From Octopus vulgaris (lineage: Eukaryota): a stretch of DNA of 64,000 nucleotides. Made by a program: the position numbers and the translations under genes. The notes under the pieces are model-generated. The model saw only the letters and a list, made by a program, of their open reading frames with translations, did not search any database and had not been told where the DNA came from. The stretch covers positions 30,752,001 through 30,816,000 of the forward strand of contig OX597831.1 of NCBI GenBank assembly GCA_951406725.2. The letters run 5' to 3'. Of the stretch, positions 28,335-41,646 are shown piece by piece (position 1 is the first letter of the stretch; the number at the start of each line of letters is the position of its first letter).

Positions 28335-28720
28335 CTCTACAGTCGATTGTTTCTACTATAGTCCGAAGCCAACCAATGAGTAAATTTGGGTTGACGGAAA
28401 CTGTATGGAAGCCCGTCGTATGTATGTATGTATGTATGTATGTATGTATGTATATGTGTGTATTTGTATGTGAATGTTTGTGTGTGTGTATCCGCGTGTT
28501 TTTGTGTTTCTGATCGTTCCCCAACACACAGCACTTGATGGCCGATGTTGGCCTGTTTACGTCCCCGTAACGTAGCAGTATAATAAAAACAGACCGAAAG
28601 GATAAAATATCAGGGTTAAAATTAGGTACTGAAGAAGATTTGTTCGACTGAACCTGGCAAGGTAGTGGCCCTAGCAGGACCGCAACCCACCAATTAAAAC
28701 AAGAAAAAAGATCTAAAAAG
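28335..28720 (+). mobile_element. SINE family 1, degenerate copy
   Basis: ttctactatag...gacggaaactgtatggaagcccgtcgt(ATGT)n...tttacgtccccgtaac...aaacaagaaaaaag. Confidence 0.8.
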
Positions 28721-29208
28721 AATACACATAATTCCTTTTCCAGCTGTTAAACATACGTCAACTACTTCGATCTAACCAATTTAAGAGTAAGCCAGATCAG
28801 ACTACTCGGAGTAACTAAACTACTTAAGAAAAAACACACAACAGAAAAAGAAAAACAACCCTCTTCTACACTAATTCTGTGCTGACCTTAATAAGTACAA
28901 GTTAAACTACTCGATAGAAAAGTTGTTTTATCTCCCATGACGTAGTATACTTAAGTCATTCTTAACTTTACTTTGATCATGTAACTCTGCCCAGCTCTAA
29001 TTGAGAAACTAAACTCGTTACTCCAATATGGCGACCAATTTCAGTATTTTCCAATAACGAATACATCTGAAGAGAAATTACAGCAATCATTTTCAACAAA
29101 CTAGTTTTCTTCTTTTTTATGCCTTTTCTTATATTTTTTTTCACACACTGTCTCACTCTTCTCTGTATCTCACTTGCTCTCTTTTATCTTCTCTATCACC
29201 CTCCCTTC

Positions 29209-29248
<40 letters not shown>

Positions 29249-29550
29249 CCTCAATCGATTCCTACAGATCTTGCAGATCTTGGTTTCTGTTAATTAAAGG
29301 TATATGTGATTGGAACGTAATAAGTAGATTAATTTCAAGGAAATTACTCATACACGCCTGTTGATCGAAACTATTTTCTATGAAGTTTGCAGTCGCTTCA
29401 ATCTGGAAATTTTTTTTGTAACTTGGTTCAATGGGAATGAAATAAATAGTTGCAATTTGAAGAAATAAATCGCAAAAAGCAAACTATGCTTCCTTGCTAA
29501 AAAAATTCCTGTCTTTAAAACTGCATCCTGATACATATATATATATATAT

Positions 29551-29604
<54 letters not shown>

Positions 29605-29865
29605 TGACGCATATTTGCCATTTGAATATGGCTAACCGCTAAGGGTGGATGCTACTGTAGTTTGTAGCCCCAGGAAGATATCTCCTCCAGCTGGCTATAG
29701 ACACACTATCTGTGCCCTAACTCGCTCTGAGATTTATCATTGTTTTATATATATATATATATATATATAATACAAAAGAACGCAAAACATCCAGAAGACG
29801 ATACAAGGAACACGGACGGGTCATTCGAAGCCTTTAATCTTCAGTCAAGAGCCGGATCATCCTCG

Positions 29866-29950
<85 letters not shown>

Positions 29951-29982
29951 TACATACATACATACATACATACATACATACA

Positions 29983-30016
<34 letters not shown>

Positions 30017-30050
30017 CATACATATGTGTATGTATGTGTGTGTTTGTGTT

Positions 30051-30322
30051 TATCTTTTTCTTGTTTCAGTCATCAGACTGCGGCCATATACTGGGGCACG
30101 GCCTTGAAGAAATTTTAGTCCAATGAATGACCGCAATATTTCTTTATTTTTATTTTTATTTTTTATTTTTATTTTATTTTTATTTTTTTGAAGCGAGGTA
30201 TTTAATTTATTAGACTCTTATTGACGAAGCGCTATGTTACGGGGACGTAAACATACCAACACCGGTTGTCAAGCGGCAGTGCGGGACAAACACAGACACC
30301 AATACGTACACACATCCATCCC

Positions 30323-30369
<47 letters not shown>

Positions 30370-30400
30370 GTGTGTGTTTGTGTGAGTGTGCATGTATATG

Positions 30401-30482
<82 letters not shown>

Positions 30483-30603
30483 CACAAACGTCATACCCTC
30501 CTTCTTCCCTTCTTTCCTGAGCGTCCAATAATACTTTATTTGTTCCACATCCTCGCGTTGTTGTCTTTTTGTTTTCTTGTTTGGATTAACTTAATATTCA
30601 ATG

Positions 30604-30683
<80 letters not shown>

Positions 30684-30841
30684 TATATACGACAGGCTTC
30701 TTTCAGTTTTCCTTTACAAATCCACTCACAAAACATTGGGTGGCCGAAGGCTAATGTAGGAAGGTACTGCCATGCAGTGGGACAGAACCCGGACCATGTG
30801 GTTAGAAAGCAAACTTCTTACCACGCAGACACGCCTGCATC
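30051..30841 (-). mobile_element. SINE family 1 copy with an expanded internal microsatellite containing a nested PLE-type fragment (30486-30595)
   Basis: SINE tail 30051-30300 and head 30688-30841; the insert aaacgtcataccctcc...ttggattaac matches the reverse complement of 62521-62627. Confidence 0.85.
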
Positions 30842-31525
30842 TACTAAATGGTCCGTTGTAGAATAGATAGCACTGTTAAATACGCACACATAAGGGCAGA
30901 GTGACCTTCGTCTCGCAGATGTAAATCTTTGTTCTCTATTACCCAATACGACTTCTAATCAGATGGTTTCTCTTCATTCTGACCTTCGCTTCATACCCAG
31001 TTTCCTGTTAATGAACCTGCAATACTAAAGTCCGACGTATGTAACGTTGTGGATTAAAACTGACGCCAACTGGTTGTTGTAAAGTTTATGATCAACCGAA
31101 AATCGTTATTCGCTATCATTCACTTTTCGCCTCTTGATCCTAGATCATTGAAACCGCAGAAAAACGTGGTGATATGTGTGTGAACCGTCATCGTATGGCT
31201 CTCATTACATTCGTTATCAAGGACATTATTTGGCATTACGTAGTTGATGTTTCTGTTGGGTCTCAGATATTCGCAAATTTCTTATCCACAAATAGTATTA
31301 TTTATATCATTTAAATAGTGAAGGTTATCTCTGGCAAAGATAACACACTAGATTTGTGCTATATCTTTTAAGACGATTATAAATTCTCTTTTTCTTTTCT
31401 GAGGCATTTTCTCGGATAAGAAATTTATTTGAATTACGCTTGCATTTTTTTGTTGATTAAAAATGTATTCACACAGTTGGTAGAAATAATTTCAGCTAGG
31501 TGTCAACATACCGAACAATTTGTAA

Positions 31526-31933
31526 ACTTTACTCTTTACTCTTTTACTTGTTTCGGTCATTTGACTGTGGTCATGCTGAAGCACCGCCTTTAGTCGACCA
31601 AATCGACTCCCAGGACGTATTCTTTGTAAGTCTAGTACTTATTCTGTCGGTCTCTTTTGCCGAACCGCTAAGTTACGGGGACGTAAATACACCAGTATCA
31701 GTTGTTAAGCGATGTTGGGGGGGGGACAAACACAGATACAAACACAGACACACACATACATATATATATATACGACGGGCTTCTTTCAGTTTCCGTCTAC
31801 CAGATCCACTCACACGGCTTTGGTCAGCCCGGGGCTATAGTAGAAGACACTTGCCCAAGGTGCCACGCAGTGGGACTGAACCCGGAACCATGTGGTTGGT
31901 AAGCAAGCCACTTACCACACAGCCACTCCTACT
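31526..31933 (-). mobile_element. SINE family 1, near-consensus copy
   Basis: Complete reverse-complement match to 13066-13515. Confidence 0.94.
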
Positions 31934-31999
31934 TTAATTAATTTTAATTTAACATGATTTAATATAATTACTATTGATAGAAGCACATTTTATCTCTTA

Positions 32000-32216
32000 T
32001 TTCTTATTTCTTTGAGTCAGTGGACTGCTGCCATGCTGAGTCACGGTCATGAAAGATTTCAGGCATGCGCACGCGCAATTGCCATCAAGCATATCCACTC
32101 ACAGGGTTTTGTTTCGCCCGAGGCTACAAAAGAAAACACTTGCCCAAGGTGCCAAGCAATAGGACTGAACACGAAACGATGTTAAGTATCAAACTTCTTA
32201 CAACACGGTAGCGCCT
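32000..32216 (-). mobile_element. SINE family 1, degenerate and internally deleted
   Basis: ggactgctgccatgctg...atccactcacaggg...cacttgcccaaggtgcca. Confidence 0.7.
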
Positions 32217-32279
32217 ATATCTAGTTTTAATGGCATGTGCAAGAAAAGAGAAACGAAAACAATTGCTGAAACCAATGAT

Positions 32280-33085
32280 GATTTCCAATTTTGACACAAG
32301 GCCGGCAATTTCGAGAAGGAGAAAAAGCGATTGCATCGACTCCAGTACTCACTCATCTAGTATCTATTTTATTGAAGCGGAAAGGTTGAAAGGTAACGTC
32401 GATCTCGATGGAAATTGAACTAAGAACGTTAGAAAAGGCGAAATACTGCTAAACATCTCGGCCGGGCGTGTTAACGATTCTTATTTCTTTATTGCCCACA
32501 AGTGTCTAAACATAGAGGGGAAAAACAAGGACAGACAAAGGGATTAAGTCGAATACATCGACCCTAGTGCGTAACTGGTACTTAATTTATCGACCCCGAA
32601 AGGATGAAAGGCAAAGTCGACCTAGGCGGAATTTGAACTCAGAACGTAACGGCAGACGAAATACCTATTTCTTTACTACTCACAAGGGGTTAAACACAGA
32701 GAGGACAAACAAGGACAGACAAACGGATTAAGTTGATTACATCGACCCCCAGTGCGTAACTGGTACTTATTTAATCGACCCCGAAAGGATGAAAGGCACA
32801 GTCGACCTCGGCGGAATTTGACCTCAGAACGTAACGGCAGACGAAATACCTATTTCTTTACTACTCACAAGAGGCTAAACACAGAGAGGACAAACAAGGA
32901 CAGACATAGGTATTAAGTCGATTACATCGACCCCAGTGCGTAACTGGTACTTATTTAATCGACCCCGAAAGGATGAAAGGCAAAGTCGACCTCGGCGGAA
33001 TTTGAACTCAGAACGTAACGGCAGACGAAATACCGCTAAGCATTTCGCCCGGCGTGTTAACAATTCTGTCAGCTCATCCCCATCG
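32280..33085 (-). mobile_element. Family-2 SINE concatemer: three young tail-B units inside an older tail-A copy
   Basis: Minus-strand junctions aaagaaata|agaatcgtt (~32482) and aaagaaata|ggtatttcgtc (~32666, ~32851); ~185-bp period; distal unit 32280-32480 is much more diverged. Confidence 0.92.
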
Positions 33086-33758
33086 CTAAAGTTAATATTG
33101 CTGTATATTGACATAGATGACTATTTCTATACCAAATGTTGGCACCAATCTAGAAAGGAAAAAAAAAAAAAAAAAAAAAACATTTTAGAAAATTTTGTAT
33201 TGATAGCGACGAAAATTTTCCAGCGAAATTTATGCTTTTAAAATAAAAAAAATTTATAAGGTCCACTGAATATTTTTAACATTCCTTATTAGATTATTCA
33301 TTTTTGCTATTCTAATTTAAATAAGTTTTCGTTTTTTATAAACTTATTCAGAATGTTTGTAACAAATCATTTTAAGAGTTAATATATTAAAAGTTTCGAA
33401 GACTTATCTTGCATTAAGTTTTATATACGTGTGCAAAAAATATATTTCAAACCACTAAATCTAAATGGAAATTCAAATAATATAAATAAAAAACTAGGCG
33501 AAATTTGTGGTACGGAACTCACTTAATATATATAAAATGTAACAATAAAAATCTGATTTATTTTCAACATTTTCATTTGGAAATATTTTTCTTTGTTTTT
33601 TGTTGTTGTTTTTTTTGTTTGTTTTTGTTATCAGATAAAAGGTTACTCGTTTTAAATGTCACTCAGCATTTGAATTTCACAGGGAATAACTCGTACCAAC
33701 ATGGTACCAATTTATGTAAAATCTAATTTTACATCTTTGAAAACTTTATTTTTCTCTC

Positions 33759-33818
<60 letters not shown>

Positions 33819-34500
33819 GCACACACACATATATAATTTCTGTACATGCATACATAAAATTATATTTTGAATGTATGTGTTCATCTCTTAAAGGTTAGTT
33901 TCGTCTTGTGAGGGCCGTATGTAGTCGTGACCTTTTTATATGATTCCAATTTAGTGATGATCATCTGTAAACAAACGGGAGAAAATTTATTCAATGCTTG
34001 CAGTTGCAGTGGAATTCAACTGTTACATTCTATAAAACCGTAACTACGGAACACCATCGATGACGTAATCGAAAACTGTAGCATAAAAAATGGGTTCAAT
34101 TATTGGTCTTTTATCTATCTCGCCTATAAAACACAATGGAAAATTTAATTGAAAGCTTTAGCTATATGAACCAATAATACGATCTACAAATCTAAGCATC
34201 AACATAGGAGTAAAATGAATTTTGAGATGGGGAACCTCCAGCGCTGAGTTAACCATAAAACAAAATAAATTCGTGCTTAGGGTATCAAGGGAAATGGGGA
34301 ACCACAGAAACAGGAAATTGTTTAGAGCACACAAAAAAAAAAGCACCTGAAACTTGCTAAAATAATATTCGAAGTCGTTTATATCATCGGAAAAATATTT
34401 TTGAAGTGTTTATGGTGTCATAGTGAGGATCTGATCAAATACCTTGCAACTAAAAAAAGAAATGTAGGAGTTAGCTTTTGCAATATAAATTTAAAAAAAA

Positions 34501-34821
34501 GACCCCGCCGGTTACGACGACGAGGGTCCCAGCTGATACGATCAACGGAACAGCTTGCTCGTGAAATTAACGTGCAAATGGCTGAGCATTCCACAGACAC
34601 GTGTACCCTTAACGTAGTTCTCGGGGATAATCAGCGTGACACAGAGAGTGACAAGGCTGACCCTTTGAAATACAAGTACAACTCATTTTTGCCAGCTGAG
34701 TGGACTGGAGCAACGTGAAATAAAGTGTCTTGCTCAAGGACACAACGCGTCACCGGGAATCGAACTCACAACCTTACGATCATGAGCCGAATGCCCTAAC
34801 CACTAAGCCACGCGCCCTCAC
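34501..34821 (-). mobile_element. SINE with a different tRNA/CORE-like head but the family-3 3' region
   Basis: Head gtgagggcgcgtggcttagtggttagg...gagttcgattccc...tgtgtccttgagcaagacactt; 3' ~170 bp nearly identical to 16500-16670. Confidence 0.9.
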
Positions 34822-34936
34822 GCAATATAAATAAACTGGAAGTATTTAAAAATAAACATTATTTTCCATAAAAATAGAAATATTACATTTCTAAATATCT
34901 CAGAGAGATATAAGCAGTAGTGGTATGATAGAGTAG

Positions 34937-35171
34937 TTGTATACTGTCAACTTAATGTGACAGTCCCATGAAGGAATCACACCACGGCTATTTAGCTCTA
35001 GGAAGCATCAACGCTTCCTGTCAACCTTGACACATTTCCTGTGTCCCCTTGTAAACATAAGGACACAGGAAATGTGTCAAGGCCGACAGGAAGCGTTGAT
35101 GCTTCCTAGGGCTGAATAGCAGTGGTGTGATTCCCTTCATGGGACTGTCACATTAAGTTGACAGTATACAA
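34937..35171. mobile_element. Fold-back MITE-like palindrome (~110-bp arms, ~14-nt loop)
   Basis: ttgtatactgtcaacttaatgtgacagtccc...gtgtcc / ggacac...gggactgtcacattaagttgacagtatacaa, few mismatches; TA dinucleotides next to the CTGTCAAC/GTTGACAG ends. Confidence 0.9.
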
Positions 35172-36504
35172 TTATTTTCCATCTTATTTTTAAATCTTGT
35201 TTCGTTTATTTCATGCCTTATTAATGGTTGTATATTGAATTATGTGTTCATGAGCGCACCGAAACCTTTTAAGTGTTTAGGGTCTCTATCAGTCTTAATA
35301 CGGCACTGCTTCGTACTGCAAACAAAGAAGAAAATTCCTAAATCAAGTACTTTTGAACCTGGTTAGGGGAACTCGTTTAGGTGCATCTCATTCTATTAAC
35401 ACCAATTCACAATAATATTAATTTGGCATCTACACACTCTAGGTAAAATGAAACTCTCAAATTAGATTAGATGCGTCTATAAAAAAATTCTTTTGTTAAA
35501 ACATAGATGTGCTGCTTCTATTGCTGCCGCTGCAGCTGGTGTTGTTATTGTTGTTGTTGTTGTTAAACCACTGGTAAATCCTGATCTAGCAAACACATAT
35601 ATGATCAAGGACTTTCAAGCTGTGAATATTCTGGGCTTTTATTAAAACTTCATGTATTTTATTAAAACTTCATGCTTTATAAACTGCTTTTTAATATTCT
35701 TCTTCTTTTTTTTTTCAAGTAAGTGGAGTTGTAATTTCAGAGGGGGTTTAGTTTCTATTTCTAGTAGACATAACGAGAATCTCTCGCCTGTTCCAAGCTT
35801 GGATTTGTTACAAATGAGAGACGTTGATAGGAATATTTGATCAGTACAACTGTTTATAGTTGTTTAGAGACCACAGAAGACATAAGAATAAGGAAAGAAG
35901 AATCGTTAGTCAAAGTGATTATGAATGTGAAAGTAGTAATTACTCAAATGAAACGAGAATTAAACGAGATTCTCGACTAGTTGTCGGTATGTAATATTTA
36001 CTAAATTTTCACAAAAATTAATGCTCTAATTGGCGTAGTTCATTAATTAATCACATACTATTCAACTCAATACTTTCAAACATAATAAAAATACTTTGAT
36101 GCATTCCTTGCCAATATTCATCTTTGAATTATTAATTTGACAAATCAGCTTTAAAATTTGCGACAGTGGCTTCAGTTTATCCGTATTCATGCTTAATTAA
36201 CGAATAAAATTTCATATTTCGATAAATATATGTAAAATTGCGTGATAAAGTTGCTGTTATGATAACAAATATGATGTAGCTTTTATGCAGGTACATCATT
36301 TGTAAATATCCAAAACTCTATTTATATAAATACTAAATTTGCTGTCAAGTGGTACAGAACGGGAAGTTGTTTTGGAGATAAATAAAAGCGATATATTAAT
36401 GGCGTTGTTAGTTCCTCGTTGAGTAATGGAAATATCAACTGATTTCATTCAATGATAATTTACTGCTTTTAATGTAAACACATTCGAATACATTTATGCA
36501 ATAT

Positions 36505-36565
<61 letters not shown>

Positions 36566-36603
36566 CATATATATATATATACATACATATATATATGCAA
36601 TAC

Positions 36604-36651
<48 letters not shown>

Positions 36652-36679
36652 GCAATATTACTATATATATATATATTAC

Positions 36680-36718
<39 letters not shown>

Positions 36719-36842
36719 AAATATATATATATAGCACTGGATACATAAGTATATAAATGAATACATATATACATACTTCTTGACGGCATGAGCTACTCTC
36801 TCATACATACATGCATACACACATATATATATACATACCTAC

Positions 36843-36895
<53 letters not shown>

Positions 36896-37601
36896 CTCAC
36901 ACACACATACACACATATAAACATGTAAATAAATAAACATGTATAAGGAGACGTAAGTATAAGTGTATATATATATATGCATAAGCGTATACGTTTGTTT
37001 GCTCAGTAAATGTTTGCAGGAAAATTTCAAGCATTGGTATTAATGTTTTTCACCGATGAACGTCACCATTGACTCAGATGCCCTCTTGTAAATATAGCGC
37101 AGATATAGTTATATAACTAACAGTAAACATTAGCATACAGAAATAAATGACACGCGCGCCAGCGCACTCACGAATACACTCGTATAAATGTATATATATA
37201 TTGGAATGTGTGTATATATGTTGGAATGTGTGTTTGCAGTTGCATTTGTGAAGCAGTTTTACTTTTAAGCATGTTTGGTTGAATAGACTAATGGAGAATC
37301 AATTAAGAATTCTTTTTTTTTTACATTCAGTTATGTAAATCTCTTTAACGGATGGTTGAGTTAGTTGAGAAAGGAGATTGATTAATCATGTAAATGCATA
37401 CATACAACCATATATATCTATATGTGTGTGTGTTATGTATACATAATATATATATATATATATTCATACAGACACACGCAAATACACAGGGGCGCACGCG
37501 TAAGACTTCAATCCAATAATCCAGTTTATTCTGGAGGAAACGTTGCTGATAAATTCATAAAAAATGTTATGTATATATGACTATCTATGCATATATATAT
37601 G

Positions 37602-37679
<78 letters not shown>

Positions 37680-37849
37680 TATGTATGTATATATATATAT
37701 ATAAATATACATGTGTGTGTGTGTATGTATATCTTTATATGTATGTGTGTGTAGATGTATAAATGTGTGTGTGCATACATATATATGCATATTTGTGTGT
37801 GCATGTTTGACTGTATGTGCATGCGATGCGTATATACGTATATATGTGT

Positions 37850-38190
37850 ACACGGAAAAAATTCAAGACATTTCAACCCGGAAGAAAATCTCTTCAAGCA
37901 TTCGAAAGTTCACAGAAAATAAAAATGATATAAACACAGGACTCACAACAGGAACTCAATGACGCTTAGCACAATTGAAAGAATGCATGAGAAACGCCAG
38001 GCGTCAAAAGGCAAGACGTTTAAGATGGTGTTTCCTCATCTGTTGTCTGAAAACGACTGATGAAAAGCCGTCGCCCGAAACATTACATGATGTATAATCT
38101 CTATTCTTCTTTCAACGCCAGTTGTATATAGCGTCTACTGGCGTATTTATGCTGTTTGCTTGTTTTCTTACAATTAAACATGAAGAAACA
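37850..38190 (+). mobile_element. PLE 3'-end remnant with degenerate minimal hammerhead (38057-38084)
   Basis: SIRKFTENK..QELN-like C-terminal GIY-YIG-type motif, followed by CTGATGA-aaagccgtcgccc-GAAACATT. Confidence 0.45.
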
Positions 38191-38619
38191 TCCTTTCCTC
38201 GAATCATAGAGCGCTGCATTTGTACAGTTATGCAACACAAAATATATACGACTAACACACCAATATAAAACGCATTTTAGAAAAGGCAATCATTAACACA
38301 CGCACACACACACACACACACAAACAGACACGTGCGCAAACAAGCTGATTCGCAAAGAAATAGGAACGCTTTGCATACATTAGTTTGTTGCTTATTGTTT
38401 TCTTGAACAGAGACAAAGTTCCTGCTGAGAAAAATCTGCTTCTTGAAGGAGGGTTTGTACTCAAAAGGTTAAACGAAATCTCGTGTGTTCTTCCAAACAC
38501 CGGTTATTAATGACTGTATATGTATTTCTTTTGTCCTTGAGAACTTCTGGATATGTATGAATATGTATGTGTTTGCGCATGCATATATGCATGTGTGTGA
38601 ATGTGTGTGAGGTGTGTCT

Positions 38620-38870
38620 GTGTATGGAGGCACATGGTCTAATGGCTGGTGTGTTACATTTATGATCGCAAGAGAAGCTGTGTGTTGTGTTCTTGTAAAA
38701 AAACCTTTCACTTCACGTTTCTACAGTCTACTCACCTCTCAATGGGTGACCATGTGACAGCATAGTTAGCGATGAGACAAGAAGCGAAAGCTACAACAAT
38801 GCTATAAAGCACACTTTAACCAGTGGTATGCATCAACATTCGATTGGCTGGTCGATACAGTGATACAGCG
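38620..38870 (+). mobile_element. Highly degenerate tRNA-derived SINE
   Basis: ggaggcacatggtctaatgg head and tgttgtgttcttgt...ttcacgtt resemble the head of the 34501-34821 element. Confidence 0.45.
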
Positions 38871-38877
38871 GTATGCC

Positions 38878-38939
<62 letters not shown>

Positions 38940-38943
<4 letters not shown>

Positions 38944-39155
38944 TCTTTATTGCCCACAAGGGGCTAAACATAGAGGGACAAAGGAATTAAGTCAATTACA
39001 TCGACCCCAGTGCGTAAATGGTTTATTTATCGACCTCCGAAAGGATGATGAAAGGCAAAGTCGACCTAGGCGGAATTTGAACTCAGAACGTAACGGCAGA
39101 CGAAATGCCGTTAAGCATTTCGCCCGGCGTGTTAACGATTCTGCCAGCTCACCTC
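38940..39155 (-). mobile_element. Family-2 SINE with tail B inserted in (TA)n
   Basis: Full head to ...gggcaataaagaaata, with (TA)n on both sides. Confidence 0.88.
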
Positions 39156-39173
39156 ATATATATATATATATAT

Positions 39174-40024
39174 TACTCACGTATATATATTTATATATGC
39201 ATGTATATATACATGTAGATGTAGGTACGTACATATATGTATGTATGTATGCACATATTTTATTTATTAAATTTGTATGACTGAGCGCCCTCGCGTCGTT
39301 TCCTTTCCTCCAAGTAAGTTTTTTATATATAATTATGACGCGAAACTCTATAACCCTTTGCTTGACCTTCCCTTCCTTCCTTGTCTTCCTTTTTGCCTGT
39401 CTCTCTTTTTCACCCTTTCTGGTTTCCTTTCCTCTCTGTCTCTGTCTCTCTCTCTCTCTCACTCCTCCTCATCTCTCTCACAGTCGGGCGACCACTTCCT
39501 TTCGCTTGCGGCCTCCTACAAGTGAACAGGCTTTTTTCCTGCGCTCTTAAAAATCTTTCCTCGTCTAGGCCAAAAAAGGCCCTCATTGTTTGTTTTTATT
39601 TCTTGTACTGCATTTTTTTGTAATTGTATTTTTATTTTGTATTTTATTTTGTAATTTTGTTTGTATCGTTTTCACGTCCTTTTTTTTGTCACATTTTTTT
39701 CTTTCCTTGTTTTTACCCCTCTGCAAAGGAATTTTATTTGATTCTTTCGCAGGAAGGGCTAGTTCGACGAGTCGTGTTCTGTCCTCACCTTCGAAACATG
39801 CATGGAGTCGAACTAGGGACAGCTGATGAAGGGGAATTTTCCTTGTGTTGTTTGTCTTGTACTCTGTTTTTTCGTTGTTAAAAAAAAGGTCCGTTTCCAT
39901 GTTTGTTTTTACGTTTTCGTTTCTCGTTGAGTTCTACGTCTATTTATGGTATCCTGTACTCACGTATATATACATGTAGATGTAGGTACATAAATATATG
40001 TATGCATATATTTTATTTATTAAA
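39174..40024 (+). mobile_element. ~850-bp element with terminal direct repeats (PLE pseudo-LTR/retrozyme-like)
   Basis: tactcacgtatata...catgtagatgtaggtac...atattttatttattaaa at 39174-39271 and 39957-40024; internal cGAAAc...GTC...CTGATGA. Confidence 0.55.
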
Positions 40025-40072
40025 AAAATATATATATATGCATATATATGTGTGTGTATATATGTAACACAC

Positions 40073-40121
<49 letters not shown>

Positions 40122-40477
40122 ATTTTGCATATATATCATGGGATGAATGCGCATGTCACTAAAATATCAAATCTTCTAATTCCAATAAATATTTATGTTA
40201 TAAATGTATCAAGATTCTTTTTCTTAGAGATAATACTAGCTAGTACATATAAGTTACTTTTGACTCTCTTTCTCTCTCCTATACGCAGTATACAAACACT
40301 ATATATAAATATGTAAAGGTATACGCACACGCACACACACACACATACATACATATATATGCATGTTTCATACCTATATATGCATATATAGGCTCACACG
40401 TATGTACACATATATTCATCTATATATGTGTATGTACGTGAGTTGTTTGCATTGCATATGCCTCTAGACAAACACGG

Positions 40478-40519
<42 letters not shown>

Positions 40520-40572
40520 ATATATATACATACATATAAACACAGTAACAAATATACAAAATATAATTTGTG

Positions 40573-40628
<56 letters not shown>

Positions 40629-40640
40629 TATATATATACG

Positions 40641-40692
<52 letters not shown>

Positions 40693-40769
40693 AACTTAGA
40701 TAAGACTTAGATATGTTTCGACCACATGTATATATGTATATGTATATATACATATGTGTGTATATATGT

Positions 40770-40834
<65 letters not shown>

Positions 40835-41229
40835 GTATATATAAATGTAGGCAAATATGCACATATACATACAAGGTATGGGAGAATATCAGACATTTCT
40901 CAATTTCCATAAAAGATTGATTACAAATATTTATCTCAATATATTCCCGTATAATAAATGTTATAAACATACAGACAAGGATAATTACGAAAAATGAGAC
41001 ATATAACGATGTAACCGTAGGTAGTGGAACCGATATATACATATAAGAAGTTTGCGATTCCAACAGAATTACCATCACAGAAATAAACATAAATAAATGA
41101 TATTATAGAAAGAAAGCTTTCTCTCTCTCTCCTCTTTTCCTGTCTTTTTCTTTTTTTTTTTTTTTTTGGCGTTGCACTCACAATGGCAAGATCACAGTTT
41201 CGATTCCCAGAGTGGTTGTTTGTTGTGGG

Positions 41230-41583
41230 GCGGGGAGACTAGTCGTTTACATCGACCACAGTGTTTAACTGGTACTTACTTTATAGACCCCGAAAGGATG
41301 AAAGCCAAAGTCGACCTCGACGGAATTTGAACTCTCAACGTACCGACGGGCGAAATCCCGCTATGCATTTCGTCCGGCGTGCTATCTATTCTGCCAAGCT
41401 CGTCGCTTTAGTAATAACAATAATCCTTTCTACTAAAGGCACAAGGCCTGAAATTTTGTTGGAGGGAACTAATCGATTACATTGACCCCAGTCTTTCGCT
41501 GTTACTTAATTTATCGTCCTCAACAGGATGAAAGACAAAGTCGACCTATTTTGCCCGTAGTGCTATTATTAAGGCCCACCGCC

Positions 41584-41646
<63 letters not shown>

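Noticed and set aside
32480-33060. Recurrent ORF motif RPRKDERQSRPRRNLNSER as a protein family
   Set aside because: Antisense translation of the family-2 SINE core.
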